The translations under genes and the position numbers were made by a program. Below, piece after piece: positions 38,301 to 50,800 of a stretch of 64,000 nucleotides of DNA. The DNA lies in the NCBI GenBank assembly GCA_905178155.1, contig CAJINV010000005.1, forward strand, positions 9,150,874-9,214,873, written 5' to 3'. The stretch is from Amoebophrya sp. A120. Its lineage: Eukaryota > Protista > Dinoflagellata. Each line of letters opens with the position of its first letter. Position 1 is the first letter of the stretch. The notes below the pieces were generated by a model. It was not told the DNA's origin, searched no databases, and saw only the letters and a list, made by a program, of their open reading frames with translations.

Positions 38301-38763
38301 CCTGATGTCTATACCGCATGAGAAATACCCTCTCGCTGTGGCAAAAACTGGGCCTCTTTATCTGTTCACGCAATACAGATTTTTGTAGTATCACCAGTCG
38401 TTTTGTATGTCGAGTCATTCAAGAGGTGCCACGCGAACAAATAGGCATGAATTTAGCATCTCCGGCTGGTAGAGCAATCGGCTACCGAGGTACGTCAGGG
38501 GGCGTAGCTACATCAATCAATCAATCCAAATGCAGCATCACAATTTGCATTCTTCCAGACCCAGACATATTTGCAATGCATAGAAGTTGGGTGCGAAGAT
38601 CATGGTGGATTTCATGACGCCGTCCATCCGGCAAACGGATTTGTTTGACATCAAAAAGTGGAACTGCAAAAAGTTTGGGGCGATGGGGAAGGTGGAGAAA
38701 GCGGGGAATCAACTCGAAAATCTGGCGAGGAGCGCGGTACTTAAGGGTTGGGTTGATTTGTGA
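35376..38763 (+). CDS. Hypothetical protein interrupted by six TIR elements
   Basis: Continuous frame from ATG 35376 to TGA 38761-38763 after removing each element plus one repeat copy; no family recognised. Confidence 0.78.
35831..36097. mobile_element. Introner-like element, family A
   Basis: Family A TIRs; flanks CCGAA/CGGAA. Confidence 0.9.
36496..36757. mobile_element. Introner-like element, family A
   Basis: Family A TIRs; repeat GGGTT/GGGTT. Confidence 0.92.
36947..37258. mobile_element. Introner-like element, family B
   Basis: Body similar to 3443-3752; repeat TGGAT/TGGAT. Confidence 0.9.
37402..37690. mobile_element. Introner-like element, family D
   Basis: TATCCTGTGTAAAAACGT...ACGTTTTTACACAGGATA; repeat AGTTG/AGTTG. 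Confidence 0.93.
37746..38065. mobile_element. Introner-like element, family B (opposite orientation to 3443)
   Basis: TATCAAAAAGAAACATCCCCCCTCCCCATA...TATGGGGAGAAGGGGTTTTCTTTTTGATA; repeat GGAGC/GGAGC. Confidence 0.92.
38187..38582. mobile_element. Introner-like element, family A (opposite orientation to 4269) with an internal insertion of about 130 bp
   Basis: Repeat GAAGT/GAAGT; 396 bp against about 265 bp for other copies. Confidence 0.9.
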
Positions 38764-38884
38764 TCATTTGGTTTACAGCAAGGATAACGAAGCATTGTTC
38801 TGAATCTGAAGTTGTCAGTGCTCTTCACGACACCGAATAAATCTGAATTGCTTTTCACATCATTGGAGATTTTGAGGAATTAGA

Positions 38885-40345
38885 AATAGCATGTGCACTG
38901 TGGCTCGAGGTCCCACCTTAGTTCTAGTTCTTTTTGGTCTTATGTGCTGAACAGGGGAGAGTCTGCAAGTGCAGCTTGGCTTGCATCTGCTTTTTTCTGC
39001 GGGCAAATTTTGGACGAAAACGAGAGTCCCCCCGGCCCGCAGCCACAAAACGGGAAAAAATACCTGTAAAGGCGAAGAGGTCCTCACTACTCAAATTCCG
39101 ACTCCCGCCGTGGCAGCAAAAGCAGCCTTCTGTGGTTGCTTCTTTTTGCTGCTGTTTTATCCACTACACGAAAATGGCCATAGCGTGGGCCCGCGGCTCT
39201 CTTTTGGGTTTTTGGGACGTTCTAGCTCTTTTGGGTCTTGAGTGCTGAACAGGAGCGGAGTCTGCAAGTGCAGCTTGGCTTGCGTCTGCTTTTTTCTGAA
39301 AGCAAATTTTGGACGAAGACGAGAGTTCCCGCGGCCCGCGGCCACAAAATGGGAAGAAATGTCCGTAAAGGCAGTTTCGCCACTACCCAATAAACTCCGA
39401 CTCCCGCCCTGGCAGCAAAAGTAGCCTTCTGTGGTTGCTTCTTCTGCTGCTGTTTTATCCACTACACGAAAATGATCATAGCGTGGGCCCGCGGCTCTGT
39501 TTCGGGTTTTTGGGACGTTCTAGTTCTTTTGGGTCTTGAGCGCTGAACAGGAGCGGAGTCTGCAAGTGCAGCTTGGCTTGCGTCTGCTTTTTTCTGGACG
39601 CGAATTTCGGACGAAAACGAGACTCCGCTCGGCCCGCAGCCACAAAACGGGAAAAAAATGCCGTAAAGGCGGTTTTGCCACTACTCAAATTCCGACTCCC
39701 GCCCTGGCAGCAAAAGAAGCCTTTCGCGGTTGCTTCTTTTTGCTGCTGCTTTATCCACTACAAAAAAATGAGCGTAGCGTGGGCCCGCGGCTCTGTTTCG
39801 GGTTTTTTGGACGTTCTAGTTCTTTTGGGTCTTGAGTGCTGAACAGGAGCGGAATCTTCAAGTGCAGCTTGGCTTGCATCTGCTTTTTTCTGGACGCGAA
39901 TTTTGGACGAAAACGAGACTCCGCTCGGCCCGCAGCCACAAAACGGGAAAAAAATCCGTAAAGGCGGTTTTGCCACTACTCAAATTCCGACTCCCGCCCT
40001 GGCAGCAAAAGAAGCCTTCTGTGGTTGCTTCTTTCTGCTGCTGTTTTATCCACTACACGAAAATGAGCATAGCGTGGGCCCGCGGCTCTGTTTCGGGTTT
40101 TTGGGACGTTCTAGTTCTTTTGGGTCTTGGGTGCTGAACAGGAACGGAGTCTTCAAGTGCAGCTTGGCTTGCGTCTGCTTTTTTCTGGACGCGAATTTTG
40201 GACGAAAACGAGACTCCGCTCGGCCCGCAGCCACAAAACGGGAAAAAAATTCCCCAAAGGCGGTTTTGCCACTACTCAAATTCCGACTCCCGCCCTGGCA
40301 GCAAAAGAAGCGTTCTGCGGTTGCTTCTTTTTGCTGCTGTTTTAC
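38885..40345. repeat. Tandem array, about 296-bp unit, about 5 copies
   Basis: TAGCGTGGGCCCGCGGCTCT at 39181, 39479, 39775 and 40070; the first copy is degenerate. Confidence 0.95.
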
Positions 40346-40369
40346 CCCGGGCCACCCCTGGGCCACCCC

Positions 40370-40985
40370 TTGGGACGGCTTTGGCCTGTCGTACGACAAA
40401 TCGGGTTCGTCGTACGACAGAACCTGTCTTGGTTTTTTTCGAACCCCACGAGACCAGAATCGAGTCGTGGCTGCAGCTTTTTGTTGTTGAGGACGTGTTT
40501 TGCGTCTGCAAAATTCGTCATCAACAACAAAAAATAATCTGTCTTGCCATTTCTGGCAGATTGGCATGACAAATTTCTTTCCCCGAGCTGTTGCTGCCTG
40601 TCTCTTGACGGGTTCGGCTTGTCGTACGACAAATCGGATTTGTCGTACGACAGAACCTGTCTTGTCGTACGACAAGTCTTCTGCCCTACCCGGCAGGCCA
40701 GAAACAGCTCCGGAATGCAGCTTTTTGTTGTTGAGGACGTGCTTTGCGTCTGCAAAATTCGTCATCAACAACAAAAAGTAATCTGTCTTGTCATTTCTGG
40801 CAGATTGGCATGACAAATTTCTTTCCCCGAGCTGTTGCTGCCTGTCTCTTGACGGCTTCGGCTTGTCGTACGACAAATCGGATTTGTCGCACGACAAGTC
40901 TTCTGCCCTACCCGGCAGGCCAGAAACAGCTCCGGAATGCAGCTTTTTGTTGTTGAGGACGTGTTTTGCGTCTGCAAAATTGCGC
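40370..40985. repeat. Tandem array, 220-245-bp unit, about 2.5 copies, with GTCGTACGAC palindromes
   Basis: GCAGCTTTTTGTTGTTGAGGACGTG recurs near 40473, 40717 and 40938. Confidence 0.9.
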
Positions 40986-41307
40986 GTGCCTGGACGCGCA
41001 AAAATCTGGTGCCACCCCGGTGCCACCCCGGTGCGGGGAAGGGTGTCATGTCCGTGTGTTGGGAACTGATACTCTGGCCGCCCCCCCCCTCAGCCCCCCC
41101 CAAGTGGCGCATTGCTTGCGCGCGCTCAATGATGGGGCGGCAGAATGTGTTTGCTAAACGCTGTATCAGCAAAAGGAGGGCAGCGACTCTGCGCGCTTTT
41201 TGCAGCGGTCAGACTTCGTTCGGAATCAGCGCTAGATTGATACTCATTTCAAAAACTGCTCTCATCAACAACAGCTCGGCCAGTCTATCTCGGCGGAGAA
41301 GGGCACG

Positions 41308-43744
41308 ATGACACCGAAGGGCATCTTAGCCTTTCACCCCTCCATCACTTTTCGCAACCCGCAAAACCTCGTCCACGTGCACCTACAAGAGTCCAACGCT
41401 TTTTATGCACAAAGCAAAGTATCGTACTGGAACCACGACTTCAAATTATCGCATGACAAAGTCCCGCAGCATGAAAAACGAAATTTGCAATGCTGATTTG
41501 ACAGCTCAGGACAGAGATAATTTTTTGCCACGCGTGAAGATTTCCATCAGTGGTAGTGCGATTCTGTTTTTGCATTGTCCATACCCTAGATCCAGCAACC
41601 AACAACCCGGATCCGTGCAAGATCTACTGGGACGCGCTGTACGACTTGAAGGGGGAAAAAGTGCTGAAATCCGACCAAGTTGCGATCGGCGGCGAGTGGC
41701 CCTGGTTTTTTCACGTCTGCAAGGAGAAACTGGCCACTCCAAAAAGGTTCACGCAGCTAGTAACTTACCTCAACCCGTCCGAGCAGGAAAACCTATCGGT
41801 CGGATTGGACGAACAAGGTTATTTGAACAACAACCGGAATCCGATGCAGCATATGAAATGCAAAAGTGTCTGGGTCTGGAAGAATGCAAGATTTGTGATG
41901 CAGGTTTTCCATGACGATGACCCATGAGGTCTGGAATGCGAGACCCAGCATGACAGGTTCTTGGAGGTCTCTATCATGCCTTTCCTGCATGAGAAACTCC
42001 CTCTCAACTTGGTCAAAAGCGGACAGCTTTATTTGGTACTCACGCAACACAGATTTTTGCATCATTCAGATTTAGCATGACAAGTTCTAATCTTCCAGAC
42101 CCAGACACTTTTGCATTTGATACAGCAGAAGCTGCAGGACGTGGTTTGCGACGGCCAGCAGTGCTTCATCGACGGCGATTTGCATCCGATACGGGATATG
42201 CATTGCAGAGATGTCTGGGTCTGGATGAATGGAAGGTTTGTCATGCAGGTGTTACATGACCCATGGGGTCTGGAATGCAGCACCTAGCATGGCAAATTCT
42301 GTGAGATCTTTATCATGCCTATCGCTATCCTGCATGAGAAACCCCCTCTCAACTTGGTAAAAAAGGACGGCTGTTGGTAATCATGCAACACAGATTTTTT
42401 TGCATGATTCAGACTTAGCATGACAAGTTGCCATCTTCCAGACCCAGACATATTTGCACCCGATACGGGAGGAACCGGTGGCGGATTTGAAGTGCCCCGG
42501 GGCGGAGGATCCCGGGCCCCACGCGTTAGCCGCGGCGGAGAAGTTATCAAATGCAAAAATGTCTGGGTCTGGAAGAATGCAAGATTTGTCATGCTCGGCT
42601 AGCATGACTCTTAACCTCAAGTCTGTCATGCACGTACCCAAGAGCCTCGCTTTTCTGTCATGCGGAAACGCAGTTTGTCATGCAGAATAGAATACACCGA
42701 TCACCTCAGAAACTTGTCATGCTGGAACGGCAATTGCGGTATCCTAATCATCCGGCAAACAGCATCACAAGTTTCCAGACCCAGACATATTTGCAATGCA
42801 TAGAAGTGCTACTTTAACAACCCGAAGTACGCCTGCAAGGAGGGAAAACAGTTCAAACGGTTCTACGTTGACCTGAAAAACCTGGACGCGGGAGACCGGG
42901 CGGAGGCGCACGATTTGGAGGATCTGGAGGCAAAAAAGGAGGAGAAACAGGACTCCGAATTAGGCGGGGATTCGCAGGCGGCGGAGTTGATGACGGTCAG
43001 GAGCTACGATGCGGGGGAGTGCAAGTTGAAGTCGGTGATTTACGACGAGGAAAACGTCTACTACATATGACAGTGCACAACTCCCCCTCCCCCTCATTTG
43101 TCATGCAAAACTCCGAATCCAGTCGCTACCTCATGGGACTGCTTGCATGACAACTTCCGGAAGCCGAAACAGCACTACATTGGGCATACAAATTTGTCAT
43201 GCATTGGCTCCGCGTGTGGTTGTGTGTGTATTGCTATTCATGCAATACAAATGAGGAGGAGGTGCTGGGGTTGTGCACTCTCATACTACGGGTGGTGCAA
43301 CAAGAAGTCGTTGGAGAAGAAGGCGAAAACGTTCACGTTATGCATTGCAAATGTGTGTAGTCTGGTACGGGACTTGTCATGCTAGTCTGGCATGACTCTG
43401 AACTCTGCCTTGCGTGGCCACGAAATAAAGGCTCACGTGTCTGTCATGCAAAAGCATAGCTTCTGACTCTGTTTCTGATGCGAAACAGACTAACACAAAG
43501 CCATACCAAAAATCTGTCATGCTTGACGGCGCATTGCAGTGTGCTTCTTTGTTGCTTGTTATGTAATGCGTCACAACTTTCTGGGCCCAGACATATTTGC
43601 ATTGCATACACGTTGCGCATCACCAACGGCGCGGAGGAGAACCTGATCGGGTCGGCGCAGGCGACGCTGTACGACCGGGGAACGTTAGGAAATTCGTTTC
43701 AATTCGCGTTGAATGAAAGCGCGGGGAGGACAAAGTTTTTGTAG
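41308..43744 (+). CDS. Hypothetical protein interrupted by six TIR elements
   Basis: Continuous frame MTPKGILAF...DPCKIYWDAL...EKCYFNNPKY...SAGRTKFL stop after element removal; no family recognised. Confidence 0.75.
41404..41583. mobile_element. Introner-like element, family F-like, eroded
   Basis: TATGCACAAAGCAAAGTATCGTACT...AGTGCGATTCTGTTTTTGCATTGTCCATA; flanks CTTTT/CCCTA are degenerate, but removing 180+5 nt keeps the frame. Confidence 0.72.
41852..42122. mobile_element. Introner-like element, family A
   Basis: Family A TIRs; repeat CAGCA/CAGCA. Confidence 0.92.
42197..42465. mobile_element. Introner-like element, family A
   Basis: Family A TIRs; repeat CGGGA/CGGGA. Confidence 0.9.
42545..42802. 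mobile_element. Introner-like element, family A
   Basis: Family A TIRs; repeat GAAGT/GAAGT. Confidence 0.92.
43066..43285. mobile_element. Introner-like element, family I
   Basis: TATGACAGTGCACAACTCCCC...GGGGTTGTGCACTCTCATA; flanks CTACA/CTACG. Confidence 0.88.
43339..43608. mobile_element. Introner-like element, family A (diverged)
   Basis: TATGCATTGCAAATGTGTG...CAGACATATTTGCATTGCATA; repeat CACGT/CACGT. Confidence 0.88.
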
Positions 43745-44099
43745 AAGGATGCGGTGCAAGCAGGAGGAATAAAATCATGTTTGAAGCGTTTTTTGTAAGA
43801 TTGATGATGAGTAGTTGCAAGTGCAGTCAAAAAGAAAAACTGATTTTTTTCGGATACTACTTGCGTTTGTAGACAGAGTGCTTGTTTCCGTAGCTGAACA
43901 AACTTTGGGAGAAAAGACCTAGCAGTTCTTTTTCACGTACAGCTGCAGCTGTGGAAATCTAAAATGCAGCGAGCCTTACCGTTTAATGGCCGCTTGTTGT
44001 TATTCGCTTTCGCCGTGCGGAGTTTTCTCTGATGCGAATGGCGAGCTGTCGTGTGTTCTCACTTTGAGGGCGTGCAGAATGCTAGAACTAGCGAGCGAA

Positions 44100-45200
44100 A
44101 AGTGCGGGGCCGCAATTCTGTTCATAATCCACCGCCCCCACCAAGGCGAGGCGCGCCGCTGCGGGCCAGCGCATGCAGAACGGGTGGGCAGCTTGCTCCG
44201 CTTGTATCTCCTCCGGCAGAATAAAGGCCGGGGGGGCGGCGGTGGTTCCTGAGTGGGCGCGCTGGGGCGCAGGTCTGCGCCTGCCTGGCGTTGTTCACTC
44301 GCCGGCGGCGGCCGGGGACGGACCCCAAAACGAGCAAGAAGGCGGCGGGGAAAGCGGCGCGGATGTCGCCCGGCCGAAAGGAGGGCGCCCCCCCCGCTGG
44401 GCCCCAAAAAGTGGGAGGGGGCTTTGGGGGGTGTTGCGGTTTTGGAGGGACGCCAGGTCGCCCGGCAGCTCGCTCGCCCGCTGGCCCGGGCCGGCGACGC
44501 AGGGAAGCGGGCCGCGCGGCCCCCCTCGACAATCCGCGAACAGACGGCCCGCGACGTCGGGGCGCCCCCCCTACGGGCGGCGCCAGAGTCCTGATAGATC
44601 TCGCAGAGCGCCCGTCGCCCCGTTTTGTTCGTTCCGCCCCAGCCTCTTGGCGGCTGCGGTAGGGGCGCAGGGCAGCCGGAGCCAGGGCCAGGGCGCGCCC
44701 CCCCGCCAGCCCGCCGGCCCACTATTTTTGTGCGGCTGCCCGGGGCGCCGGTGGCTTTTTCGGCTGCGCCCGCCCCGGCCCCTTCCTGGCCCGCCCAGGT
44801 TTAGCCGGGCCGCTTGGCGTGTGTCGTGCCCGCGCGCCCAGTTGGGGTCGCGCGGTTCCTGCTCCGCCCCGCCCCTAGGTTCGTATCCCCCGGCGCCGGC
44901 CCGGCCTTTCCGTGCGTGCGTGCGTGGGTGCCCGCCCAGGATGGGCGCCCCCGCCGACCGCTTCCTCCGGTCGGTCCGTCGGGCCGGCCAGTCTTTTTCA
45001 TGGGCCGCGCCGGCACTGAGTTCACACGCGCGCCATTGACTCCTGCGCTCCTGCTTCGCTGTGCTGCGTGACCAGATTGTTGCCCGTGCCCACAGGATCG
45101 CCGGCGATGCGGCGTTTCGGCTCGGTAGCTTTTTTGCACGAGGCTCCTGACTGAAAAAGCCACTTGTTTTTACGGCCCTTCAGGTTGGGGCGCGTTGGAA
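44100..45200. other. GC-rich intergenic island
   Basis: G/C-run-rich block upstream of the gene at 45543. Confidence 0.68.
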
Positions 45201-45542
45201 CCTGCCCTCGCTCGTGTTCAGCGTTTCGACTCCGGTGGTGGTGCTGGTTTTTCACCGTCCTCCAAATTATTTACAGCCTTGCATGTGGTTTTTATCTTCT
45301 TGTGCACAGGCGGTTTATCCTTTCTTCTATGCGTTGCCACTGTATTATATCATCCCGCAACCACTCCTGCATTGTGCTAGGAATACAACATAGTCGTGGT
45401 AATGCTTGACGTAGTGGTCCACCTTGTATTCAGAAAGCGCAACCTCGGCTTCCACCAGCGGATGTTACCTTTTTACAATTACATTTGCAAAGCGATCACA
45501 GCAGCACATAGCCGCTTCATTTCGAAATATTCATAACACACC

Positions 45543-45983
45543 ATGATCCCGGGCATCTCAGTCCTTTTGATTCTCGTCACCTATTGCTACCCACTCTACG
45601 AGACGATTCTCTGTTTGCGCCCTCTTCTTCTGGCGACGAGCAACACAAAGCTGAGTTCCAGCTCTTCCACTTCCGGTCCTTCACTTGACGCAGCACAAGA
45701 GGGTGGCACTAGTGGTACTACACTAAATACTCCTCCAAGAATTCCTGCTCAGACGATCATAATAACGGACGCTCAGAAGCACTGGTTGTTCTACTGGGTT
45801 TTGTTCGGCTTGTACCAGCAAATTGTGGACCCGGTGCTGCGTTGCGTCGACTATCTGATACCGATCCTGCCCGACGAGCTGCAATTTCTCCTCTTCCTGT
45901 GGCTCGTTCATCCGCAGTCGAGCGGGGCGGGGTTTCTGTGGGAAATGTACGTAGAAAGACATACGATGCGGCTGTTTAGGTGA
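45543..45983 (+). CDS. TB2/DP1/HVA22 (REEP/Yop1-like) ER-shaping membrane protein
   Basis: YCYPLYETILCL...KHWLFYWVLFG...FLLFLWLVHPQSSGAGFLWEMYV matches the family pattern; a further 3' exon is possible. Confidence 0.85.
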   Translation: MIPGISVLLILVTYCYPLYETILCLRPLLLATSNTKLSSSSSTSGPSLDAAQEGGTSGTTLNTPPRIPAQTIIITDAQKHWLFYWVLFGLYQQIVDPVLRCVDYLIPILPDELQFLLFLWLVHPQSSGAGFLWEMYVERHTMRLFR

Positions 45984-46479
45984 CGAGGGGGCGGGTTGAG
46001 ATGGATTCTTTGTGGTGGTCGTGGTTGCAGAGAAGAATCATTTCGGCTTGAGAAGATCAAGATGTTGACTCTTTGTGTCGCATTCATGATGAATGGTAAT
46101 GTCCACTGAGGATTTGCATGAACAACCCGTATGGCAATTCCAACAAGATACAAATTCACGCGCTGATGCGCGACATTGTGAAAGGTTGGAAATTTAGATT
46201 TTCAAACGGTCGACCCTACGCATGTCTTCGCTGCGTTTGTAGCGATGCAGTTCAGTCTTCGTTTTCATGTTCTGGATCATATACTAGTACGCGTAGGCAT
46301 GGGCTGAGGTTTTTTCAGGGAGAGTGCTGTGGGCAAGAGAGATTGTTGTGGAGCCGGAGTGGCGGATGAAGTCTCGTTTGAGAGATTTCAAACATGAGTG
46401 AAAGAAGGCGCGAAGAGGGAGGGACATAGTTTGGACGGGGTCGTTGCTACCCATCTTCCCAGATACAAGATAGGCACAC

Positions 46480-47110
46480 AGTCGGCCGCCGCGTCGGATA
46501 CATTTTTGGCGGCGCGGCGCAGGGTCGGGCGTCGCGCGCGAGCGGGGGCCTGGCGCAACAGCGCGGGGGCGCCGTGCGATGGTACGGAGGGGAAACGGCG
46601 GAGCAGCGACGCCGTGCCCGCGGCCGAGCCTGCGGCTCCAGTTGCGGCCGTGCCCGCGGCCGTGCCGGCCCGCTGGTGGACCCTATCCGCAGTCCAGCGC
46701 CTGGATAGACGACGGCGATCGGACCGGGCGGCCTCTGCCTGTTAACTTCGGCCCTAGGCCCTTCCCTCTGCTGGCGCCCCCGGCCGCCACGGGGCGGCGC
46801 CTCGCGCGCGCGCGCGCAGACGATCGGGCCATCGTGGCAGCCCCTGCCCCGCTGCGTTGTTGCTTGGCCTGCCCGCATCTCTCGGCCGGGCTTGCCGCCC
46901 GCCCTTGCTGTATTGGAACGGGCCGCCGGCTTTATGGGTCCACATGTGCTGCCCCCCTTGCGTTCGGCGGCGCAGCTGTCGCTCGGGGCGGCGCTGCGGC
47001 TCTGCCCCGTAGCCGCTTTTCCTTTTTCGGGGTGTTGTAGGTGCCGGCGTGCCGGTATCAGCTTCTTTTTGTTTCTGTTTGCGAAGCAGCGCGAGTCAAA
47101 TAGTGCTCGC
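46480..47110. other. GC-rich intergenic island
   Basis: G/C-rich block upstream of PRORP. Confidence 0.62.
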
Positions 47111-47839
47111 GAAGAAGTGCTCACTGCGTGGGCGTGAAGAAGATAAGTTTCGCCCCCGAGGGCTTTCTAATAATAGAATGGGTAGCATTTTTCGTGGTCT
47201 GCAGCCCTGAATATCAGCTCGGACTATATGTTGTCCGTAGATGTCATGCAGCTAAGAGTTGCCAACGCCATCACCTCGTCTCTGGAACTGGATCTGTAAT
47301 CAATATAGAGTCCTGCAAAAATGATCATAGTGCTGTCCATATTTGGATCATCATGAAAAACGACAAAAGCAGCACCGAGTTCCTTTCCGTTACAATGTGA
47401 AAGGGATCAGTACGTAGTTCTTTTCCTCATGTCTCGTGGTCCGGGACGATGATCAAAATCAAAACTCCTGCGCCATGTCTTCGTGATGAAATGTGTTTGG
47501 CAAAAATTCAGAATGAAGTTCCGGCATTTCGCCTTCTTGAAATAGAGACAGGATCTTCATCTTGTTCTCTTACTCTATCCAACGCAGGCCACGCACTGCA
47601 AAACTAGATGTGGTTCATTTCATTCTCACCCAGACCCTTTCAGAGGACGCCGCAGTATTGTTTTACCACGACTGCGAAATTGGTTTCACCCTCCACCTGT
47701 AGCTTAAAAGTTGCGACTTTCCTTACTGCCCAAGAAAAAGTATTGATGTTGAACTTCGAAACACCATGTTGACGCTTCGACTTCATACAGATTTCTCGTA
47801 ACAGTCACTTCTGCAGCGCTGCATATCAGCACTTTGAAC

Positions 47840-50800
47840 ATGGCTGTAGCATCGACCCTCCTCTCATCTGCGACGACTTCCTGTAGCGCTGAAGTTTCTT
47901 CCTCCACTGCTTCCGCTGAAAAGCCCAATAAGCAGCATCACGATTTGCAGGAACTACAACAGAAAATCAGCAAGATGGAAGTAGAACATCAAAAATCTTC
48001 TTCTTCTGCGGACAAGATGATACAAGTTGTAAATCGCGAACAACATCAAACCGCGCCGGGTCCTCAAAGCACCACGGCGACAACGACAGTATCCAAGCAG
48101 AACAAGAAGGAATGGAAGAAGAAACAGAAGGACTTGCAGGGGAGGCTGAACGAGGCATGCAGGAAGAGGAATGTAGCGGATGGTCTTGACAACAAACGAA
48201 ATCAACGCCAGCATTCCTGGACGGAAATCCAGGCAGTTTATGAAGACTGGATGGAAAACAATCCGGATGTGTATGACTTGCTCAGATGTTTTTACAATCT
48301 CAAACGTTACAATAGAGTCTGGATTTGGTCTTGCATGATGAGCATGACAGACTCGGACAGCATTCCGCTTTCTGCAATACAAATTTCCCCAGATTGTAGT
48401 GCGATTGGGGACCACTCCGGGACTTGGCATGCGCAAATTCCTATGAGAGTCGGCTAGATAATGCACTTCCTGCATCACAGATTTGCATATTGTGTCGAAT
48501 AACGTTTGAGATTGTAAAAACACCTGAGCAGGTTATAATGTGCCGAAACCGAGCTGCCTGTTCGCGCAAACCATGCAGGGAGTTGTGGAAGAAATCGTGT
48601 TGATGGTGGATAATTTTTCGTCTAGCAGTAGTAGTTCCTGCATGACAAAGACAAACCAACAGCAGCAAGCCGAAGAAGTGACGAAGATCGCCTTTTTCAT
48701 CCAAAAGGTGTTTGAGGAGGCCAAGAAGCACTTTTTCGCCTCCAATCCCAACGCAAACGCGGGCAACTCGAATTTGAAAAATCTCGAGTCCTTGTTGTAC
48801 TTGCTCTTCCGCAGTTATTGCGCGGAAATGAAGATCAGGAAGATGATGATGATGAATTTTCCTGTTGCTGGGGAAGAAGAAACGAGCAGTAGTGCTGCTG
48901 GCCGGGTATCGTCTTCGGAGCAGGTTTCGCTCATTGACAACGCGTTGGAGCAGTTTATGACATATTTCGGAACGTCGACCAATAAGAGCTGCAACACAGA
49001 GACAGAACGAGAGCCAACTTCTCATGCGACAAGCGATACAAGTAAAAAAGCCACGACGATGAAGCCGGTGCACCAGGTGAAGCTGCGCACTTTGATCCCG
49101 ATCTTCGAGATATCGCAAGAAAAAACTGTTTCACTGTAAACTTGTAATGCAGAAAATGCATCACGAAAGTGTTTGTCTTGCTACACATGCAAGACAGGCG
49201 ATTTTTAATGGTGTTTTCCCTCAGGATCCTCGCATGGCAAATTTTCTTTGTAATGTGTAGCGAACTTGTAATGCAAAACTTGCAAAATCCTGACAGTCAA
49301 GCAGTTTTTTCTTGCGATATGAGATGTTTGCGTTGTCAGGGGGTTTTTCCGTCGGGGATAGTAGTAGAACTACAACTACACTACACCAAGAAGCTCCTTC
49401 TGCTCCGTCCAGTACAACTTCTGCTGCACACGACACCAGCAAGAACACCAGAAACTACTTCGCGGAAGCGGAATTATTCTATGAGCAGCAAGTGGCGAAG
49501 CGGTTTTTGCAACACCAAGATCCAACCGCTAGTGGGTCATCGACTACAACATCAACTGGTCCCTCCGGGTACATGAACACGGCGTCGATTATCATGCACT
49601 CGGTGACCAGAAATTCTTCTGTGCAAATTAACGACGACCAGAAAAATTGGGAGTGGCTGTTTCTCTTCCGGATCGAAACGTTACTGAACAGCAAGGCAGA
49701 TGAAAATAAGTTGGAAAAGCTGCAAACCCTCTTAGCCGAGATGGCGAAGGTTTGCCCGCGGCTGGGATTGGTCAAAGCCGACGAGGAAGTAACTTCGGAT
49801 AACACGACCATCCACCTAGACCGCGGAATGGGCGCCGCGACGACGGGAACAAATGTAACCGTGAAGTCCAAGCTTTTGGATTTACTCAGAAAGTTTAATT
49901 ACAGAATTCTGACGGATAAATCCATTATATCTGACGAAACGGGGATCTGTGATTCTACAAATCTCAAGCTGCAGCGCAAAAACCTCGTTTCAAAGGGGGA
50001 ATTGGAGAAACTGCTGCGGCTGATAGAGCGGTTAGCAACGGAACAACAGCAGCAGACGTCTTTTGCAGGTTTTAGCACGCCAAGTAGCTCGCCGGCACCC
50101 TCGGTGGTTTCGGAACAGAATGGAGCGGCGGGTGAGAAAAAAGTTGGAGCGGCTGTTGTTCCAGGAAGTGTAGTTCCGCCTCCTCCTGCTGCTGCAACGG
50201 ACACCTCCCGCGTGAGAAGTTCCAATTGTTCAGAGGAAGCGCCGGGTGCTGGTCCTCGTAACAGCAGCCACAACTCCCTCACCCTTCTCGAGCGCTGGCA
50301 GCTGTTCCGCTATGCGGTTTTGGAGAAGCAATTTTTGCACGAAGGGGCGAACGATCAATACGACTGCGTCCTAGACGGCGCGAATATCGGCCACCACTCG
50401 CAGAACCACGACAGGGGCGCTTTTTCGCTGGAGCAAATCGACCTGGCGATGGAGGAGTGCAAGAAACTGGGGAGGAAACCTCTGGTGATCCTCCGGGAGC
50501 ACTGGTGTCGGGACAGAGCGAAGATTTTATTGAAAGCGGAGCACGAGAGGACCACAACTACTGCTTCGAATATTAAACTTCTAGACGACAAGGGCCACAA
50601 AGCGGCGAAAAGGAGAAAGCTCGCGCCGTTGGGAGCGGATAATATTAACACTACTAGCGGGATGAAAATGTGTCATCCTCTTTCGCGGGACCAAGGATCC
50701 TCGGTGAGCTCGAGGGATTCAGGATCAGCAGCGGATAATTTAGGACGACTCGATTCATCCGATGTAGTACCGCGACAGGCATCTTCATCTTCCGTGTCCT

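Noticed and set aside
38860-41172. ORFs over the 296-bp and 244-bp arrays (and over 28552-29916)
   Set aside because: Repeat-derived; the frame changes between units.
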